Source: Tubiluchus corallicola (lineage: Eukaryota; Animalia; Priapulida). Taken from it: DNA of 64,000 bases. A program made the position numbers and the translations under genes. The stretch is from positions 744,001 through 808,000 of the forward strand of contig JAQGDQ010000019.1 in NCBI GenBank assembly GCA_030141605.1, given 5' to 3'. Positions 12,301 to 24,400 of this stretch are shown here, in pieces. The notes below the pieces were generated by a model. It was not told where the DNA came from. It saw nothing but the letters and a program-made list of their open reading frames with translations, and searched no databases. Within the stretch, counting starts at the first letter, position 1, and each line of letters begins with the position of its first letter.

Positions 12301-12934
12301 CGAGCGCACTTCATTAGTGAATTCTAGTCTTCTTGTATATACGCTTCATACTCATCTTATCTACGTTGTTACATTTATAATAAAAAGGTTTCTCTAAAAC
12401 CAAACTGACTAGTTTTGGATTGGTGTTCATCGTTGTTACATTGGTGCCGCGACCAGGATGTGATTAACGCCATTGTTATGAGAATCTAAAGATTCTTATG
12501 CGGGATTTACTTTTGTACATTTTTATTCAAATATAAGTTTACTTATAAGTAAACTATAAGTAATATAAGTCAACTATAAAAGTAACGCACCTTACGCATG
12601 CGTTATTTCCTGTATGCGTGACAATGACATTTTATTTTAGGCAAAATCGCGCACCTGTACATGCAACGTTTGTGACCAATCTTTCACTCTTCCCAAACTC
12701 TCTCACCACGGCGGCACTTGTCGAGAAGAATCCGAATGGGACGAGACAGAACAACAAGAAGTGGACGGTGAACTAGCAATAGATGATGCAGTGTTTGGAG
12801 ATGACGTATCAGCTGGGCAAACACACAGTTGGATGAAAGAGAAGCTAGCTATAAAAGAGAAGACATGTGGAGTTATGATTAGGAAATGCGGGAACGACTG
12901 TATACCACAGAAGAAAAAACCTGTGAAAACGTAA
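9377..12934 (+). CDS. Secreted TSP1-like domain protein B with Pro/His/Gly/Phe-rich N-terminal region (360 aa)
   Basis: Exons 9377-9383 (ATGAAAG|gt), 10096-10566, 11352-11662, 12641-12934 join in frame (phases 1,1,0; 1083 nt). Signal peptide MKATALIVVALGALVAG; C-terminal CAQKDLVTCTKWTDYTDCTNKCEGVQ|AKSRTCTC...RKCGNDC; TAA 12932-12934; ATTAAA at 12983. Confidence 0.85.
9424..9731. repeat. Inverted-repeat MITE in intron 1 of gene B
   Basis: ACAAGGATTGGCATCAAAATTTTAATTAGGCATAATATTAGT vs ACTAATATTATGCTTAATTAAAATTTTGATACCAGTCCTTGT. Confidence 0.7.
12171..12499 (+). mobile_element. LTR retrotransposon remnant: LTR plus tRNA-His primer binding site
   Basis: TGTAAC (12171) ... GTTACA (12440) with internal AATAAA (~12379), followed by TGGTGCCGCGACCAGGAT (12442-12459), 17/18 complementary to the invertebrate tRNA-His 3' end as recalled. 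Confidence 0.7.
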
Positions 12935-15439
12935 AATCGTCCCCATATTGCAGGTCTATATATCTTGCACAACTTAATTTTCATTAAACGAGTTGAACGA
13001 ATCTTAATAATTTACTGATAACTTTTTGAACCAAGGATATATCATTTTAGACTACGCTAGTCATTCGCTATAAGCAGTTGTTATGATTTAATCTATCTTA
13101 AAGGAAGGGTAATTGCAGTTACTTCAGTATATGCGAGACCTGGGTTACAATATTATTACGCCCTCACCATGAAATCAACTGGATAAACCGTGAGCAGAGA
13201 AATATTAAAATTAATGCAGACATTTTTGCGATATTTTCAACAACCTTTCAACAATGCAATCCCATACACGATGCCATTAACTCCTAATGCCGTCACTGGA
13301 ACACTCTCTTAATAAACTTTGCACTTTCTTTCTTTCTTAGTATTTTACTTATTCAAGATATTATAGTGATCAGACACTGAAAAGCCAGAGAGTAGTCTTG
13401 GGTACGTTTGCATGTGAAGACAGAATCGTTGAACGAGGTAATTAGAGGAGAGCTTTGTGCAGATGGAACCGTCAAATATCTGAACATACTTACAATGTTC
13501 ACAGTTATTCCTCGCGTTCGACATACAGTGCGCCAATAACTGTATTAAAATCACAGGAAGTCTTTTGTCTTATTGAAAAAATGTCTTAAACCATATAACT
13601 ATATAGATTCTATAACCATTCTTTTATCTATAGATTCAAAAATTTTCAGACGTATGACTATGAGTCAATGCATTTTTAACATACATCAGTATGAGGAAAG
13701 CTCGGAGGTAATCAATGACGACCATTATTCAGTGATATACGATCTCCAGCCTAGTGCTTGGAGAATGTGTGAGTTAGGTGTTCAACAAAAGGCTTGACGA
13801 GGTGCATAGACCGACATATTGCAATATTTCCAAAGATAATACATTGCACAACATTTTTTGAAAGGAGTCAAGTCCTGATGAATGATATCTAGTAAATGCA
13901 TCTGTTAATTACTGCTGCACTAGCCCTTTAAATCATCTTGAAAGGGAAATTTGATTTGATCTATTTACCTATTAAGTTAATTGAATCTTAATAAGTTTAA
14001 TGACCCAGACAACAATGTTGCATGAACCAGAAATTTCAATCAGCTTAGTGCAAGTTTACCTATACAAAGATTTACAGAAAAGAGCATGAAGTTTACTGAA
14101 CTTTCTTAACTTAAACAGGAAGTAGAGCGCATAGATTTAGGCGGCTAAACGTCGTTAATTCAAGTTCTAAAAACATCAACCATGTCGTGAATAAGATAAT
14201 GAAAACGAGTGTTAAAGCCATGGAAATCAGTCGAAGTCCAAACTTTTTCAGACTTTCTAATTCAGTATTGCTTTTGTACGTTGCTAAAACTGAACCGGGA
14301 CTAAGGAGCTACTCTGTGTTGCTGCTCATTGTCATTAATAACAATGCTTAGTTCAAAATATTGATTATTGAGGTTATAATTTAATATGTAATATGGTCAT
14401 TTAACATTTTTCTTGTTTTTTTAATAGTATTATTGCATAATAAAGTTTGTTATTTTGTTATTGTTACTTGTTATAAATGACTTACAGTGTTTGGTAAATA
14501 ATCTGTTAAATGGAGAAGCACCACTGCATTAAATACAGTATTATCACTGAATGAAAAGTGCAAAAAACTAATTATTTTTTCACACTTTACAAAGGTTAAA
14601 CATTTTCAACTTAGAATTTAGTTCCAACTGCAAATACCAATACCATAAGCACTTACTGAACAAAGCCAGTTTAATTATTAACAAAGTCTTATTGCTTAAT
14701 TATAATTAATTGGTGACATACAAATTATTTACAGCAACTAATATATAAATTTAATACCCCTAATTAGCTTCTTTAAATGTACTTCTTAATACCCCTAGTT
14801 AGATTCTTTAAACAAGTGTGACTTCAAGCACAGATGTGAAACAATTAAATCTATTTATCTGATTTCATATTACTCTTAAACATTCTCAAGCTGTTCTTGT
14901 TAAAGCTATTTAAACCAACAGTTGACCTTGACTTTACTAATCATTGTAAAAGTACACGAATGATGATTTTATCAGCAGCTAACCCACTAAATGGGTTCAA
15001 CAACCAGAGCTTATACATCACCTTACCCTCAAGCCCATTGTCTAAATGTTTACACACAGGCCAGTAGCTACCAGGCACGCGACAGAAAAGACCAGTATCT
15101 TCACAGTCCAGTTACTATACGATAAAGAAAATCATGTCACGACTCATAAATAGCTTTTCACTGTAACTCAGCTGTTTCAAAACTTTCAAACCAGGAAGTA
15201 AAAATGCAACAAAATAATTACATAAACTGACCTATGTTTTTATTCATACTGCATAAAACCAATTTGACATTTCAATATCATGATTTCAAGAAATGATGTT
15301 CAGTTGCAGGCAAGTGAGAATGCTACTGTTAATGCATGTCAGACTTTGCACTTAATATTGGTACTACAGTTCCAGCATCTTGAAAAGATCCACTTTTCAA
15401 GAGAGTCAAGAAAAATAACACAACATTTTTTCAACTCTT

Positions 15440-18400
15440 TTAGCACTTTGTTACAGCAGCCATTAAGAGTTCAATCTTGTGCAGAAAGTTCTTTCCCTCA
15501 ATTTTGTTCCAATTTATCTCCTGCCACGTATCAAAGTGGTTCCACTTGGGGTTGCATATCACGCTACTGACTGTTTCTCGATCATGGTTTTCAGACAGTC
15601 CTTGAACGTAAACTTTCATTCCAGTAACTGGCCCGCTTCGAACTGCAAAAACCCTAAAAAAGCAAAGAACGGACATGACTAACTGATGAGAATCCAATTT
15701 TTTACATTACGTGTATAAAAAATAAGCTGAAAGCCTATGTCAGAAATTGGATGGTAGAAGGCATGGAAAGTATATTCTTTGCAAAGTGTTCATATTTGCC
15801 CAACTGAAAATAAAATTTTAATTACACTTCAAAAAAAGAAATATACACTATTCTCAAAACAAAAAGTTTAGTTTTATCATTAACACAAGTTACTTCAGAG
15901 AAAAAGTAATAATTATCTACCAATTCAAAGGTGCTACTAGAATCGATTTAGATGAAAAAAATGATTTTTTTACTATACTATCGTAGGCACACTCATGGCT
16001 ATATCAACATTCTGGACTGACAAACAAAATTTGCCACTCTATAGATAGTTTGTAATTAACGCTTGTTCAAATCAATTAAATTTATTTGATGAGCTTCTGA
16101 AAAATAGCCATGGATTTGGCCAGCACCATTGTGGAAAATAGCATGCAACTGAAAATATTTCAAGAATAAGAATGCTATTAATTTAAGTTGCAGCAAACAA
16201 TATATGCCAAAAATTACCTTTCACCAGATGGAGAACACATTATAATGGAAGATGCATTGCCAAGAGGTTCTACCTCTCCTAAACCCAAATGCACACTTGT
16301 AGAGAGAACTTGCCAACTCATTAGCTTAGCTAGATTCTGTAATGAGCTGATATGATGCCATGATATCTGCAAGAAAATCAGTATAAACAGCCACTAACAT
16401 TTCCATTTCAATTAATAAACCTGATAACCTATAGTTATAAAATTTGTAGTTTTCTTTTTCTACTAGGTTTTGTACTCTCTAAGATTGTTATTTAAACCAC
16501 TGATAACTACTCTGTATACCACATAACACAATGTCCCACCAGATCTTACACTGGAATTCTTTAATAAAAATTTCTTTCCCTGAGAAATGCAGCCTCATTC
16601 CCTTCAAGAATAACCTGAGTAGATACAGTAAGTCCTCGTTTAACAACTCCCCGTTTAGCAACATTTCGTTTTAACGGTGCTGAACATTTGACACCTTTTT
16701 CACTTAAAGACGCGCATTTGACTTTGATTTTAACGATTTTTTTACTTTGCTAAAAGCCAATTTTTATTTTATTAACAACTTGTTTACTTAAATTGATGCA
16801 GTAAAACAGTACATATTGCATTACTGTGCTCTAAAACGCGTTAGTAATTTAACAGTGCAATTATTATTATGTACATATGTTTTTGCTTCTCGACTTACTA
16901 CTAAACGTTAGCCATTTGTATCAAGCGATTTGTATGGGAGCAAAATTTAAAAATGAAAGAATTATGCCTGTAACCTGTTGCTGTAGTAACTAGACTAAGT
17001 ATCTAGATAATATTACCAAGGTCGCACCAGGGCTTGGCTTTTACTCTGCAGTGTTTATCGTTTAACCACTTATTAGATTTTATATGCTTCCGTCAAACTG
17101 CTAAGTAGGTAAGTTAGACATATATAGGTATGAAAAGGTGGTTTTAAGCAAGCAGAAAGAAATTACTCAATAGAAACATGAGTAAAACTAACAAAACGTT
17201 TATTTATATGATTTAAGCAGCATTGATTTTTGCTTCTGGAACATATGTCAATTCTTTTACATTACTTTCTATAGAAATTTTGACTTCACTTGACAATGTT
17301 TCGCTTAAGGTAGCATTTTACTGGACTGCATTAGCATCGTTAAGGGAGGACTTACTGTACAAGCGAGTTAGCTGTAAGAATTCATATTTCTTGACTCCCT
17401 GCTTGCATGCACGCCTACTGGCTTTACTTATCAATCTCTTAACAACAGATATTACATACCACTCCCAACAAAACATTACGCAGTTCTTGCGGCTCGTGTG
17501 ACAGATTAATTATCCGTCCATCTCGGCAGGTAACTTTTATGGACGTGGTGCCTATTTGGATGGCCACAGGAGTTCTGCAATCATATTTATTAATCAAATC
17601 AAAATAGAAAAACTAAGGACTATGTAGTAAAGCACTAATAGTAAGATTAGAAAGAGAAGAAAAATTAGGCATTATATGAATTTCAGCATCAGTATGAACT
17701 TAGAATGGCTCGTGTCACCATAAAAAATACAAACCAGTGGGAATATGCTCTTCCTATAATGTTATCTGCTTTGAAGAATTTTAATGCAATTACTGGCTAG
17801 AAAAATCGCCAGGAATAGCTTTGTAAAAAATGAGATGTTTCCTGACCTTAAACAAAACCCTCCATGTGATATTCACAAAGATCTTGTTCGATTACTGAAA
17901 TAGGGAACTTTAAAGCCTTTCTTCCAAACCAATCTAATGGCAATAATGGCATTTAAATTGGTAATCCATCCTGCTTGATCACATTAATAATACCAAGAGC
18001 GTATTTTTTATTTCAACTTACCTTCATTCAATGTGTACAATTTTTCTCACTTACTTTTGAGTTTAGCATTTCAGTTTAACTATTTTGCTAATAATCAATT
18101 AACTTGGAAATTGTACCACTTATTTACATAGTCTCTACCTAGCTGGTTCTACAGTGCAAATAAAAACCACATCAAAAACTCATAGCTTAAGGTACTTCAA
18201 AACAAATGCTTTGTCTAATAACCGATTAAGAGCTTTTGTGAAAGACAACAAAGTATTTTATTATATTTTTATTAATCTCAGACAACAAACAAAAAATGAA
18301 ATAAAATTTTGTCGGCTGCAGTACTCTAATTTGAGTTGATAATGATTGAGCTTCCATGTACTAATAGCAAATCAGGAATCAGCATTTTTTTAAATAATCC

Positions 18401-21400
18401 AGGTAACATAAAGCAAAAATAACATGTTCCCGTTAAAACTGAGCTGTGAGAGGTCAACTGCCAAAGCTACTTTCATTATCTACACATAGCTTCCCAGATT
18501 TTTTTATTAATTACCTGCATATAGCTTCATAGCTATGTGTTGTAATGTTAATTTTTATACAGTCATGTGTAGCATCACCTAGTGCATTCCAGTGTATTGT
18601 CATCTGCGGATCTCTCATTTGCATAGCAATGTTATCCAACACGTGTGTACTTCTGCAATCATTCACAACCTCAGTAAGATCATAGTTAATAGATCATAGA
18701 TCAAAATTAAAACAAAAGTCAGAGATAAAACCAATCTCACATATCGTGCAACTATGTTTTACAGCATGCATTGTGAACAAACACATTAAAAAGTACAGAA
18801 AGTCTAGAAAAATCCCTACATTCAGTTTTTGGCCAGTCGGGTTATCAACAATAACTTAACACACGTTCATTTGTGGAAACTCACAATTTTTTTATTTAGA
18901 TACAAATTGCAAAAAATAAAAATAAAAACATTGGCAGACATACGACGTTCAATGAAATCAATTAAAATTAACAGTACGTAGTACTAACAGTGTACTATAA
19001 TACGCAATGCATAGTGTGTAAATTTGTGTAGTTTTATGTAAACACACTTAAGTACTTATGACAAAGGCTTACCGTATTCGGAGTACTGCATGCTGAGATT
19101 GCTCAATTATCTGTTCTAATAGCGATTTTCTGAAAAAATAAAACATGCTGAAAACAAAAAGTTGATATTTAACACATTTCATTTGATTTGCTATTTTTAA
19201 TTGATGTATGCTTGGCACTGATGTCACAGTTCATTTTATTAAAAACAAACTGTAAAATTAAACAACCATTAGTATAAGTAGGTACGACTAACATTTAAAA
19301 AATATACTGTATTCTGTGTTGGTAATGTGCTAATGACAATTTTTCTATCAAATTAATTCCAATAAGTGATTAAGTACACGAATCCTATTAAGTTCTGTAA
19401 CACTTACAGAAAAGCTTCATTATTTTAGCATGCCTTACCCTCATTATGATATAACTAATGGCTGGCTTATTTTTTGGCAGCAGTAAATGTTTCTAAAATT
19501 ATTATTATCTACGACATGATTGCATGATTACTATAGCAAAAAACACCACCAGTAGATGAAACATCCATTTTGGGTTCAACTTAACAGCTATGAAAAATAA
19601 AACAAACTGTATTTTTGTTAGTGTCAGGCTCAGTATTAGTAATCATTTCCAAAAGAATTTTTTCATGCATGTCTGGAAATTTATCATGTAGGGACAGATT
19701 TGAAATTAAAAAAATTATCAAAGCAACATATTTTGCAAGGGGAAAAGATTTTTGACTTTTTAGAACTGCATTCTTAATTTTGAAAATAATCATCACACAC
19801 AATGTATTAGATCTTAGCATACGTTTCAGCCATTTCTAAAAGAGTACTTCGATCAAATGCTTGAGGTCCAGCTAGCCGTCTCCGCTTAGATGCGCCAAGC
19901 ATGGCACATGCAGGATGAGGCATATCCACATTGATATTTTTCGCATGCATTTCACGTAAAAGCTGGTGCAGTGAATGCTCCAAGATGTGATCGTGTTCGC
20001 CCTTTTGAGCACTAGATGGTGACCTGGACTTGTCCTGTCCCTGTCCGTTGCTATGACATAGACCAATGGTCAGCTGAATGCCAGGAAATAGCTAGAGAAA
20101 ACAGAAAGGCAAAATGGATGAACAAAACTTAAATTTCATCACGAGCAAAATAACTACACTACTTTCTTATTTTGATATAGCTTTTCAACAAAAATTGACA
20201 AAATGGACTGCTGTGACAAAAGGAAAAACATTGGAGAGGCAGAAGCTTATGACATTCCTGTTTTAAATGGCATCACATGCTGCACGACAATCACCAGTCA
20301 ATGTTCATTGAACTTGTGCTGCAGGTAACTATCTATTAAACGTAGTTGTTAACTAACAAAAATACTGCACCGATAAAGGGAAAGTATCAATTTTACATTT
20401 TCACAATAATTCAGAATACAGTAAGGTGAATACAGAAGCCCTAATAGGTAAATAATGATGCAGCATTAAACACTTGCTTTGACCATTTTATCTGAAAAAC
20501 TTAACCACATTTATTTCTATATTTGGTAAAAACATGAGGCAGGTGTTAACCGTATTAATCATCAATTACTAATAGTCTGAGCCAAATCCCACATAAATAA
20601 TCTTTTCCAGCTAAAGCACTCGTAATCAGTAGCTTAAACAAGCAAATAATGAACCTATGTTAAACTTGGGCTTTGATAACTTTATTTGAAAAATTTTGGC
20701 AAAATACGGAAGCGTGAGAAACCTAAAATTATCTGTTAGTTATATCTTTCATTTAAGTTCTATATTAAGAACAGTTTTTTTCTACAATTCTAGTTAAATT
20801 AAACAATGATGCCAGACTAGAAACAAAGGAATTATTATAATGTGACAAATCAATCAGATTAAAGACATACCGTAGACGTTATTTGGTTACTGATAACCAT
20901 ATGTGGAATAGGTGACTTCAGCTGCACTGCTTCTCTGCTCAACTAAATCAAACACCACAAAAAAATCATTACGACCTATGCAAACAGCTACTAATAAATT
21001 TATTTGCACAATTTAAGTAATGCTGCTATAATCTATGAGCAGATGAACATTTTAGTTAAAGTTATCTACTTTCAACAAGCAAATTTATCGTGGCTAAAAT
21101 AAGAAAAAGTAACCTGAGCAAAAATCTCTTTGCAAAACAGAACATTTTGTGCTGCCTCAAGTTTCTTTTGCCAGTGAGTATCAGGTGACAAATGATCCCC
21201 TTGTATTGCAGATAGAGTCATACTTGCAGAAGCCAAGCTATCTTGATCTGAAAAAACGTAAAACACTATAAAATTAACTTTTAACATTGATTAATAAGTT
21301 AAGAAGTCATGTCGGAGAAAACAAAAGGTCTCTTATTTATTTACACAAGTTATGCATTTCAAGCACACATTCAAAAACAGCGCATTACAAAAACATCTCA

Positions 21401-24400
21401 AAATTAAAAAAAATGCTATTTAGTCCATCCACTAATTTATTTATTTGTTTTCTCAATATATTCTGCATATACTGTTGCCAGCCATTGAGAAAAAACAGCT
21501 ACCGATTTCACAAAAATGTCAAAGCTTCTTCATTCTGAGACTAAAAATTATTAGCAAAACATTAACACCAATTAGCTACCCTATGTACTAAATTTACAAA
21601 TTTGTGTTCCTAATTTAGCTGCCGCTCTTTCTGCAAGTTTTAAATTAATAAACATACAGTGAAAAGCTCATGTTCGAAACTGCAGCTTTACAAAAAATTT
21701 TAATAAGTTTACAATCGTAATTTTACATTATCAATGAGACTAAACCACAGTTTCCCGGGGTCCAACAATTTGAAAAAAGCTACAAAAAAACAACCCACCT
21801 TTTTGAATTGAAACAAAAATATAGCTAGCTCCCTGTAAATGGGCAGGTATTTGCACCTCTAATGAACTTCTCCTAGAAGGATGCAGTTGTGCTGATAGCT
21901 TGTCATCCCCTTGCTGATCTTCTTTGTTCTCCAGAACTTCAAATGTGGCATTTTGCCGATATCGTGAGCCAGCTAAAATTTGTAAATTTTCAACTTTTGA
22001 AAAATTAAAAAAATATTATGCAAAAATAATTAGTCATAATATGCATTGCCTCCTTTAACTACACAGACAGAAACTTGATTTTGATTCTTCTTTGCTTATT
22101 TTCTTTCACACGTATTGTCCAGAATATAAATAAAAATGATATTGTCAGAATTATTTCCTGGATTGCCATAGGTATTGTAATAACACACTAAATGTTTGGC
22201 CACAAATTTTCAACATTCGATACGAGCAAAAAATAAATACAACTAGCAGCCTAAGACAGCCAAAAATATTCACAGAAAAACCCGAAAAACTGTCAGAAAT
22301 GCTAATTATAAATAAGCAGAACGCAAAAACAAATTCAACTTTTTAGAGATAAAATACATTCTGGAATTCAGAAGTAACATCATATAATAATAACTATCAT
22401 GATGCTACAGTACCATGGCAATCTACAGTTTTCCTTAAGTTGGTCCCTACATAAGTGTATCCTAAACCATTTCATGCATTGTCTGAATCTTGGTTATAAG
22501 GCAAAGCAATGAAGAAAATACTCTTGTTATAATAACTACAAAGAGAGCCAAGAGAATAATAACAATTCTTTTTATAGCTACAATAAGAAGCATGTGAAGT
22601 GCTGTCGTCACTTTATACTTGCAAATATGAGCAGTCTTTTTGCAGAACAGTGATAATGTTGAGGTTGGGGGGGGGGGGAGGGGGGTGTTAAGGAACATTA
22701 ACCTTATTATACAGGTGGCTTAGTAAGTAGCCTCAGTGAAATACTCAGATGTTAAAACAAATGCACACGTCAACCAACCTGATCTGTAGCTTAGATCACC
22801 TAGGATTGCATTGCCAGCTTTCTTTAACCTCCATGTTCTACGCAGTTCTATTAGTTCGTTGTGGAATTGTGGGATTGTACGATTCATACTCATTTGTACC
22901 ATTTCCTCATGAGACTTGCGTAACCTTGCAGCTCCCTCTATCAGAATTTCACCTGCATTTTTGAGTGCCTAAGAAATGAGATTCCAATTATAAACACCTC
23001 TATCAAATGTTAAAATATTGGGTCAGATAATCATGTAATTAAATCATAATTCTCATCTTTATAAAAATGCATATCATCACAGACCTATTCATGTGTCATT
23101 TTAGTAATATGAATGCAATTCAGATCCATTCAGCCACATAGCTTTTACGTAATTATAATTAAGTTAGTCTTAAATTGTTACAGAAATGCGCAAATCTGTA
23201 TTTGTTCGAATGTTTATATGTTGGCTAAATAAAATAAATCTTGAAGCTTAAAACTTTGAACAAGTGAGCATTGCTTAAAACCCAAAAATTGCTACAAACC
23301 AACTTAATCAGTGGAATGTGACAGCTCAGTGTTTCAATCACAACTTGAAATATAATTTTAATTTCCTCATGATAAACAACATCTCTACAGATACATTGTT
23401 TTAATAAAAGGTATGATAGTAATAATAACAAATGTGAATGATTACGCGTTCTCATTTTACAGATGACTTCAAAGTTTAGTAAGTTGAATTCTGACTGTGT
23501 ACCTTTTTCTTTCCTTGTACTTGGGCAAATAAGTTAATAGATGTTGGCTCTTGCTGTACTGGATCAAGAACCATGTAGTGCTTCTGCTTAACAATCTGCA
23601 GAAGATCAAGAAGGACACTTGTTTCGGTCAAGGCATGCCTGAAGAAAAAACAACTGTTTACATTGTTGTTTCAAATCAAGGCTGTGGAATGCTTCTAAAG
23701 AAATTTACTATAGTAAACAAAAAGTAATTTAAGCAGAGCTGCTGAAGATGAACCCTATTTTTGGATATAATTGTTTAATAATGGTTACACTTATACAGCA
23801 GATTTATTTTGCATTAATGGAAACATGGCAGCACATGCATTGGGTGCTGCAGGAGTAGTGATACACTACTGAATGACTACATTACCGAAATGACAAGTAA
23901 TTTGATGAAGTTTTACAATTTAAAGGTTAGCATGTTATACACTATACAAGAATTATACCGATGCCAAATACAAAACTAACTATATCAGAAACATCGAATA
24001 CACCACATACCAGATAAATTTTAAGAAAAGTGGTAAGCTGGAAGCATTTTCTTCTAAAAGTTGGTAACATAGTCAGGTGCAGCTGGCAAAAAAATTAGTG
24101 ATAAAGGGCCAAAAATGCAAAAAAAAACAAAATGGAAGAACAAGCAATGTAAATCAAAAGAAATGTCCAGAAAATTAACATTAAGAGACGATAATGACAT
24201 CTACTCCAAGGCAGTTGGACCTATAATTATATATAGGGTGGTACCAATATGACAAAGATTTTCTAAATGGCCAAAAAATAGCTGTCGTTAACTTACAAAA
24301 GCCATATCTTACACTACGTAAGATTATGTATACGCTGGCAGCCATCTTAAAATTCTTAATAAGGTGTCTAGATTTCTAACATAACTGTCTAGCAGAAAAG

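Noticed and set aside
13340-13800. GC-richer, coding-looking patches
   Set aside because: All frames are short or interrupted, with no recognisable domain or consistent exon chain.
22667-22686. G12-A-G6 run (possible G-quadruplex)
   Set aside because: Isolated homopolymer in an intron, C-rich on the MED17 transcript; most likely a repeat remnant.
23742-23770. CTGAAGATGAACCC and other CTGANGA hits (e.g. 3502, 33709, 36823) as hammerheads
   Set aside because: No correctly placed stem II plus GAAA core.
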